A stretch of DNA of 6,491 nucleotides, from the NCBI GenBank assembly GCA_965644295.1, contig CBFFRP010000157.1, positions 1 through 6,491 of the forward strand. Reading direction: 5' to 3'. The DNA is from Paraphysomonas bandaiensis (taxonomy: Eukaryota > Protista > Chrysophyceae). Of the stretch, positions 1 to 5,255 are shown piece by piece; within the stretch, counting starts at the first letter, position 1; each line of letters starts with the position of its first letter. Under the pieces are notes generated by a model that saw nothing but the letters and a program-made list of their open reading frames with translations, was not told the origin of the DNA and did no database searches. The position numbers and the translations under genes were made by a program.

Positions 1-1150
1 ATGGAGGACTTGTTGTCCTGATAAAGCACAGTCGAGGCCGCAAGTAAGTAACCGCAGGTCTGAGAGCAGTGTTCTCCGACGAGGATTGGGAATACCAGTG
101 TCTGCAGAGATGAGTTCTGACCGGACGAGGAGCGGCTCACACACTTCTGCTTGACTGACTTTGCAAGTATGGTTCCACCACCGGAGCCTATCTTCATCAC
201 GATGCCTGTATGCCCTTCCCATCTGGGTGAACCCATAACCGCGTCTGCCCAACACTAAGTGCGGGATAGAGTCTGGGTCGAGTGTCAGCGTCAGGTCTTT
301 GGTGCCATTGATGTACGCCAACACTCGCAGCAGCTTGCATCGGTCATGGGTGTCTGGACACTTTGCCCTGGTGGCTAAATGGCTGCACGCAAGGCAAGAT
401 ATCGGGTCTGATCCTCTTGGCTAGGTACATAAGTTTCATCAGGAGGCTGAGATATTCACTAGCGTCCACCGGGTCTCACAGGCTTTGTCGTTCCGGAACA
501 AGTGCTTTTGTCAGCTGGAGTCTTGGCTTCCTTGGATCCGCTCGCCAGGGTCACGAAGTAGCTCGTCAATGCGGTTGCGTATGGAGACAGTGATGTGTCC
601 TTGGTCATGCACGGTGAGGACCATCCCGAGATATGGGATCTGGGATTCGGTTTCTGTGGTTACCTTTCCGAACTTGTCACTGAGGAGCTTCTCGAGCCAT
701 TCGGTGAGCTCCTCGAAGTTGTGGTGACCAGGAGGTCGTCCACGTGGAGTGCTAGTGGTGCACTTGCCACGTTTGGGTTCATATATAAACACACATGGAT
801 CGGCGTCGCTGATTCAGAAATCCGGGCTCAGCAGCACCCCTGAAATGGTTCTGCGCCAGCGTAGTCCTGCTTCGGGTAGTCCGTACAAGGCCTTGACTGC
901 GTCAGCAAGCATTGTCCCATTGGGTTGAACATATTCTTCACAGATGAGCTTGCGTCGCACGTAGACCTCGGTAACGTCCTGAACTGGATGATGTGGGGAT
1001 GCTCGAGGTCGGCGTTTAGGTGGGTAGGCACCCGGGATGTCCATCGTGGCTATGGTCCTCTTCTCATAGGCGGCAACGCTCAGAATTACCGCGACAGATC
1101 TAGTCTGACTGTGGGGGACGATGTGTCACCGGAGGCAATGGTCTGATCCT
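1..1150 (-). pseudogene. pol: Ty1/copia LTR-retrotransposon pol fragment (reverse transcriptase plus RNase H), multiply frameshifted, CoDi-like HVDD type
   Basis: Stitching minus-strand frames gives copia RT/RNase H motifs in the correct order: DTSSPTVRL / SVAVILSVAAYEKRTIATMDIPGAY / LNAD / KALYGLPEAGLRW / F*ISDADPCVF / LALHVDDLLVT (HVDD at 746-735) / YLGM / EAKTPA / YLSLLMKLMYLAKRIRPDIL / KLLRVLAYINGTKDL / WADA / HTGIVMKIG..TILAKSVKQKCVSRSS / SELI / VLYQDNKSS. RNase H runs off the window start. Confidence 0.93.
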
Positions 1151-1419
1151 TCGGCTAAATTATCCGCATACAAACCCATTTTTTTAAAATCAGCCCTACG
1201 AAAACTCATTTTTTCATCATCATCCTGAGGAATTGCAGATATATTCAAAGTTTCAATATTCATACAAAACCCGATGCATTCAACTTCATAATAATCACAA
1301 TCATCACAAGACAGAACTGGTAAAATTAATGTACAATCGTGAGCGCTTTCATTCATAGCATTTATAGACGTAAAATTATAAATAAAACTTTGGTTTCTGG
1401 GGAAATCCATCATAAACAT
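1126..1419 (-). CDS. Hypothetical beta-rich virus-like protein, 3'-truncated at the copia junction (possibly a single jelly-roll minor-capsid-like N-terminus)
   Basis: 97-aa ORF starting at TATATATAATG. Alternating hydrophobic strands (FIYNFTS, CTLILP, YYEVECIGFCMN, LYADNL). The last ~8 residues and the stop come from copia DNA read out of frame. Confidence 0.55.
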   Translation of the reverse strand: MFMMDFPRNQSFIYNFTSINAMNESAHDCTLILPVLSCDDCDYYEVECIGFCMNIETLNISAIPQDDDEKMSFRRADFKKMGLYADNLAEGSDHCLR

Positions 1420-1454
1420 TATATAATATATGTTATATAATAATTTAAAATTAA

Positions 1455-1628
1455 TTAAAGCTTTTTCTTAATTCTCTTTTTCACTGATGTAGCCTTTTTG
1501 TTTATCTTCTTGGCTACCTCCTTACGCTTGTTCTCTGCGTGCTTTGTTACGTCTTGTTTAGCTTTGTTTACTGATGCTCTAAGAGCTTTGTTAATCAGTT
1601 TGTTTACTTGGGCTTGATTCTTCGGCAT
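1455..1628 (-). CDS. Small, highly basic 57-aa protein (candidate DNA-condensing or core protein)
   Basis: MPKNQAQ...KKRIKKKL has 17 K and 3 R against 3 acidic residues. The ATG at 1628 is preceded by TTATTATAT. An upstream in-frame ATG at 1682 would give 75 aa. Confidence 0.6.
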   Translation of the reverse strand: MPKNQAQVNKLINKALRASVNKAKQDVTKHAENKRKEVAKKINKKATSVKKRIKKKL

Positions 1629-1750
1629 ATATAATAAGTGTATATATTTTTTTACAGGATAATAGGGAGTAAAATACGGCATGTCTATATATAGTGTTAA
1701 ACAGGTCTGTTGTTCCGTCTATCTGTTGTAATTGTTCGGTGTTTAAGTCA

Positions 1751-1825
1751 GGGTTGGTCTATCGTTTGTTAATAGGGTCGGTTGATCGTTTGGTTAATAG
1801 GGTCGGTTGATCGCTGGGGTTAATA
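1751..1825. repeat. Three degenerate tandem 24-26-bp repeats, consensus GGGTCGGTTGATCGTTTGGTTAATA
   Basis: Units at 1751-1774, 1775-1799 and 1800-1825, read directly from the sequence. Confidence 0.9.
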
Positions 1826-1851
1826 TGTATAGTATTATTTTATTTTGATTG

Positions 1852-2049
1852 CATTTTTTTTGACATTTTTGTTGAAAATATTTATTTCTGATATTTATTT
1901 TTTAGAAAAAAGTTTTTTTTTAAGAAAAATGTTGTAAAAAATGTAGTGTATACTGTTGCAAAATTTGTGAAAATAAGATTTTTTTTGCATTTTTTATTGT
2001 GAAAGGTGACACGACATTTTTTATGTAAAAAAGTGTATAAAAAAATGTA
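1852..2049. repeat. Two AT-rich imperfect inverted-repeat (hairpin) blocks built from CATTTTTT/AAAAAATG modules
   Basis: 1852-1870 matches the reverse complement of 1925-1943 at 16 of 19 positions. 1986-1997 (TGCATTTTTTAT) pairs imperfectly with 2037-2049 (ATAAAAAAATGTA) and encloses a smaller hairpin at 2014-2036. Confidence 0.65.
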
Positions 2050-2150
2050 ATGTACAATATTGGAAGCACTTGTACGTGATACACAGCGATACCATAGGGG
2101 TAAGGGTTGGTGTAAATTAATAGTTTTTATGGTCACGGTTAACACGGCTA

Positions 2151-2178
2151 GGGTCGAAGACCCCCCCCCCCTCTCTCT
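2151..2178. other. Putative element terminus: GGGTC-GAA-GACCC mini-hairpin, poly-C, then CTCTCTCT
   Basis: Perfect 5-bp stem with a C(GAA)G loop at 2151-2163, C11 at 2161-2171 and (CT)4 at 2171-2178. Confidence 0.5.
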
Positions 2179-2186
2179 GTGTGTGT

Positions 2187-2497
2187 AGTGTGACAACAAC
2201 ACGCTACAACAAAGAAGGTGAATTAAAATCAATACAACATAGATCAGGCGAACACAAAGCTAAAGAGCAGTAATATAGTAAGATATAACAGCATGGGCAG
2301 GACTCCATCGCTCTCTCCAATGCTCAAGTAGGCTTTTGTACACCATTCTTTCTCAACACAATCTCCATAGATGTCCTTCAGTCGCCTTCAGAAACATTGA
2401 TGAAACCTTGTACTCTGGGGGGGTCTATCAGCATCACTTAGTTTAATAATATAACTATGAATTATCATGCACAAGTGTGACAACAACACGCTACAAC
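2187..2497. repeat. Exact 24-bp direct repeat AGTGTGACAACAACACGCTACAAC, two copies
   Basis: Copies at 2187-2210 and 2474-2497, with 263 bp between them. They lie upstream of the MULE transposase. Confidence 0.92.
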
Positions 2498-2716
2498 CTC
2501 TCACACACCAAACTACATACTGAAAACGACTGGTTTGGAAACCAAATCGCATCTTGAAAAGATTTGCAGTTTGCTGGATGCATCAAAGCTGAAACATTCT
2601 GACTGTGCAAGATACTTGCTCCATACCATACGAAGTATTAGTGGTTTAGAGGAGAGCATATAAACAACCATTCTAAGATGAAGTAATCTGATGTATTATA
2701 ATAGCAATAATATACA

Positions 2717-2734
2717 TATATATATATATATATA
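2717..2734. repeat. (TA)9 microsatellite just upstream of the transposase ATG
   Basis: Read directly. It ends 9 bp before the ATG at 2744. Confidence 0.9.
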
Positions 2735-2743
2735 TTCTTACCT

Positions 2744-3854
2744 ATGGATTCTATGAGTCAGTGCTCAGAGGACGAAGTGTTGGTAAACGAGGTTGTGGAC
2801 AGAACTCCGGATACATCTTCGGATCTTCCAAGTTCTTTGGAAAAGCGGCCGTATTTATTATCTTCAGACGAAGATACTGGGGATAATGATGACGACAGTG
2901 ATTTCGATGAGTTGTCGAATATCCCGCTTTTTACGCCGCCAAAGAAAAAAAGGGGTTTTGAGTGGAGAAAAATACAACAATCTCAGAAAAACACCCTCGA
3001 GCAAATTGTGAAGGGTCATTCCTGGCACAGTCCTCTGAGGAATGGGGTGGTGAAGAAGTGTGTTATGCACCAAGACTGTGAGCACTTTGTGAAAGTGCTC
3101 AAGACAGGAGAAGTGTACGAGCGAGGTGTACATAGTACACTCGTCAATGTAAACGTCCCCAAGTCGAGGGGAATATCTCCTCAAATCATTGACGAGGTCG
3201 ATGAGAAAATCCGCGAAGGTTTCATGCCGACATACATTTCCAACTTTTACAAATGCCACTCGGAGTACCGACACGTTGCTCCCACTGTTCACCAAGTATC
3301 GAATCGAAAGAAATTTCTACATAAAAGCACTTTAAAAGTGGACTCAGTGAAGGAGCTGCAGTCCTATCTGCAGTCCAAGACTGTAAGTATACACTTTACT
3401 GATATATTATATACTTCACCTAGACTTATGTTATCAACGTACAGGTACCTATTGCAGGACTTACGTGCCGTGATATTGTGAACTGTCCGGAAGAAGAGAG
3501 CGCAGATATGCTGGTGCTAAAAACTTTCCAGCAGGAAAGTCAGGATGACGATGGCAACCCTGTAGTATGTGATGGCTGGATATTTTCCAGCTATCATGAG
3601 CTCGATAATTTTATCGCTGTACTCAAGGCATACAAGGAGACAGGTCTGTGCCTTTCCGTAGATTCCACGTATAAGGTGACGAATAATGGGTGGACATTGA
3701 CTGCCCTAATTGCCGACAACCTCATAGAATCACGTGGAGGTAAGTATACCTAAAGTACTCATACCTTTAATGTATTTAACATATATATGTATATGACAGA
3801 ACATCATTTGACTAGAAAACCTGTCCCATTATTCCACGCCTGCAGTAGAGCGGA
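2744..3854 (+). CDS. Mutator/MULE-superfamily DDE transposase, spliced (exons 2744-3382, 3445-3739, 3800-3854), interrupted by an LTR element
   Basis: Acidic N-terminus, NLS-like PPKKKR, WRKY/GCM1-like Zn motif CVMHQDC...H, helical RGISPQIIDEV...PTVHQVSNRKK, first catalytic-D motif LSVDSTYKVTNNGWTL, then HHLTRKPVPLFHACSRA. Removing two GT-AG introns gives 329 codons with no stop. Confidence 0.86.
3383..3444 (+). other. Spliceosomal intron 1 (62 bp, phase 0) of the MULE transposase
   Basis: GTAAGT...ACAG, AT-rich. Removal joins ...QSKT to VPIAGLTCRDIVNCPEE..., linking the two track ORFs in frame. Confidence 0.82.
3740..3799 (+). other. Spliceosomal intron 2 (60 bp, phase 1) of the MULE transposase
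   Basis: G|GTAAGT...GACAG|. Removal skips the TAA at 3751-3753 and yields ESRGEHHLTRKPVPLFHACSRA. Confidence 0.82.
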
Positions 3855-4593
3855 TGTAACCCTGGGGGTTTATATAGTAGCAAGTGTAGTAGTGAAATAG
3901 GGTATTCAACAACAAGAAGAGAGTCAACAACAGAAGAAGGACAGCAAACAGTACAAGATAATTATTTACGAAGGAAGTGCAAACATCTAGCCACGAGTCA
4001 CGGAATTACAACAAGCCATTCACACTGAAGTGCATACTTGCGGCTACTCTAGGCAGTTATTAATATCACGACACTCAAAACACGTTACCCAGTATCTCTA
4101 CTACTTGCAATACATGTGAAGCCAGCCGACTGCACCTGTTGTTTTACGACGTAGAAGCAATAAGGGCAATGGAGAGAGACTTAGGTAGCATCAACGTGAT
4201 GTACACACAATTCTCTCTGCATCATCCTCAGAACAGCATAAGAAGGGATCTTCAGATGTTGCTAGTACATCCTGAACATAAATGTCTCAAGTTAAGTGCA
4301 GAACTATGGATGTACACAGCCCAATACCTCTGTGAGCTGCATTTTCATGATGGTGCTCTGGATGTGGAGATGAGCAGGAGTTAGGACCATTCAAGAGCAT
4401 ACTATAGACGCTATGCATGGTGATGCTGCTAAGCAGGCATAGTGGGTGGCTATTATGGCAAGCGTGTGGCTTAAAGAGGAATATATGGAGAGAGTAAAGA
4501 TGCAATACGTTTTATATGAGTTTAGGGAGTATGATAAGAGCAGTAGACTATCAGCGAATACGGTATCACGTTACTCATTTTAGTTAGCTGTTT

Positions 4594-4684
4594 TTCAGTT
4601 TTATCACTATGGTTTTATTTCAGTTTTATGCGTAGTTTCAGTTTTATGCGCAGTTATTCAGTTTCATACGCTGTTATTCAGTTT
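4594..4684 (+). repeat. Five-copy degenerate tandem repeat with core TTCAGTTT inside the LTR
   Basis: Cores at 4594, 4619, 4637, 4657 and 4677 (spacing 25, 18, 20, 20). Confidence 0.88.
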
Positions 4685-4753
4685 TGTTTTATTGTCATAA
4701 TACGTGTGGTATACACGGTGTATGCAAGAATGCATGCGGTGTGGTGTGTGTGA

Positions 4754-4796
4754 TATAAAATGAACTTGGTTCATTCTGTAGATGCGTACCATTCTA
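4754..4796 (+). promoter_or_regulatory. Candidate LTR core promoter (TATAAAA plus downstream YCATTC initiator-like motifs)
   Basis: TATAAAA at 4754-4760, palindrome TGAAC-TTG-GTTCA at 4761-4773, CCATTC at 4789-4794. It lies just 3' of the tandem-repeat block. Confidence 0.4.
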
Positions 4797-5255
4797 TATG
4801 TTATTCCTTGCATGTCATTGTTTTAAGTTACTTGACACTGTCTTAACAGCGATCTTTATTCTTAGAGGGAATACTGCGCGGCGTTATCTAGCGGATATCG
4901 TTGACCGTGTTGGGTGATTTAACAGTAATAATAAGTGTTTACTCACACCTTATTATATATTTTGTTGGGAGCAAACCAGCAAGTCTGGTTTGTGTACAGT
5001 AATATTACTTTTAGTCCCATAAGGCCTTTCATATTGCGTAGTAGTGTAGTAGATAATAATCATCTATATTGGAAGTCATTGACCATTGTGGGAGCGAAGT
5101 TTGAAGCAACAATATCTCATCTGGTACTGTGCCTGCGGACAAGCACGTCTAGACAGTAGATTTGTTACAGAGAGCTTAGCATTCACATAGGACAAAGACA
5201 ACCACCAGTAGCTAGTCTGATAGTAAGATACAATTGTCTTAGCATATAGACAGTA

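Larger units (their letters stand above)
1151..2178 (-). mobile_element. Terminal fragment of a putative endogenous Polinton/Maverick or Polinton-like virus (PLV)
   Basis: Abrupt switch to AT-rich DNA at ~1151. Two intronless co-oriented ORFs 35 bp apart, each with TATAT(A)ATG start context. About 500 bp of non-coding repeats and hairpins. The segment ends in CCCCCCCCCCCTCTCTCT, which is 5'-AGAGAGAGGGGG on the minus strand and resembles Polinton (AG)n termini. No hallmark gene (pPolB, MCP, ATPase, integrase) is in the window. Confidence 0.5.
3855..5169 (+). repeat. Putative 5' LTR (1315 bp) with TGTAAC...GTTACA termini
   Basis: 6-bp terminal inverted repeat with TG...CA ends. Contains an internal tandem-repeat block, a TATA-like box and an AATAATAA element at ~4927-4934. 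The second copy is not visible, so the 3' boundary is inferred. Confidence 0.7.

Noticed and set aside
363-1146. Plus-strand ORFs 363-593, 485-727, 595-843 and 925-1146
   Set aside because: Antisense shadows of the GC-rich copia pol. All recognisable motifs are on the minus strand.
1882-2232. 116-aa minus-strand ORF
   Set aside because: It runs through poly-C, microsatellite and A/T homopolymer tracts, crosses the inferred element boundary, and gives a low-complexity K/F/N product.
2187-2497. 24-bp repeat as a CRISPR array
   Set aside because: Only two copies with a 263-bp gap, no cas genes, and a eukaryotic intron-containing context.
2793-3295. ORFs 2793-3011 (+) and 2864-3295 (-)
   Set aside because: Alternative-frame and antisense overlaps of the MULE transposase exon 1, with no motifs.
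3383-3481. C-terminus of the 245-aa track ORF and the GTG start of the 91-aa ORF as a bacterial-style overlapping gene pair
   Set aside because: Better explained by read-through into intron 1. Splicing joins the two ORFs in frame.
3857-3863. TAACCCT telomere-like heptamer, and GGGTT motifs at 1751-2110
   Set aside because: Single or dispersed copies, with no tandem telomeric array.
5170-5187. CTTAGCAT as a tRNA-Ala(AGC) anticodon arm
   Set aside because: The flanks do not form an anticodon stem and there is no cloverleaf.
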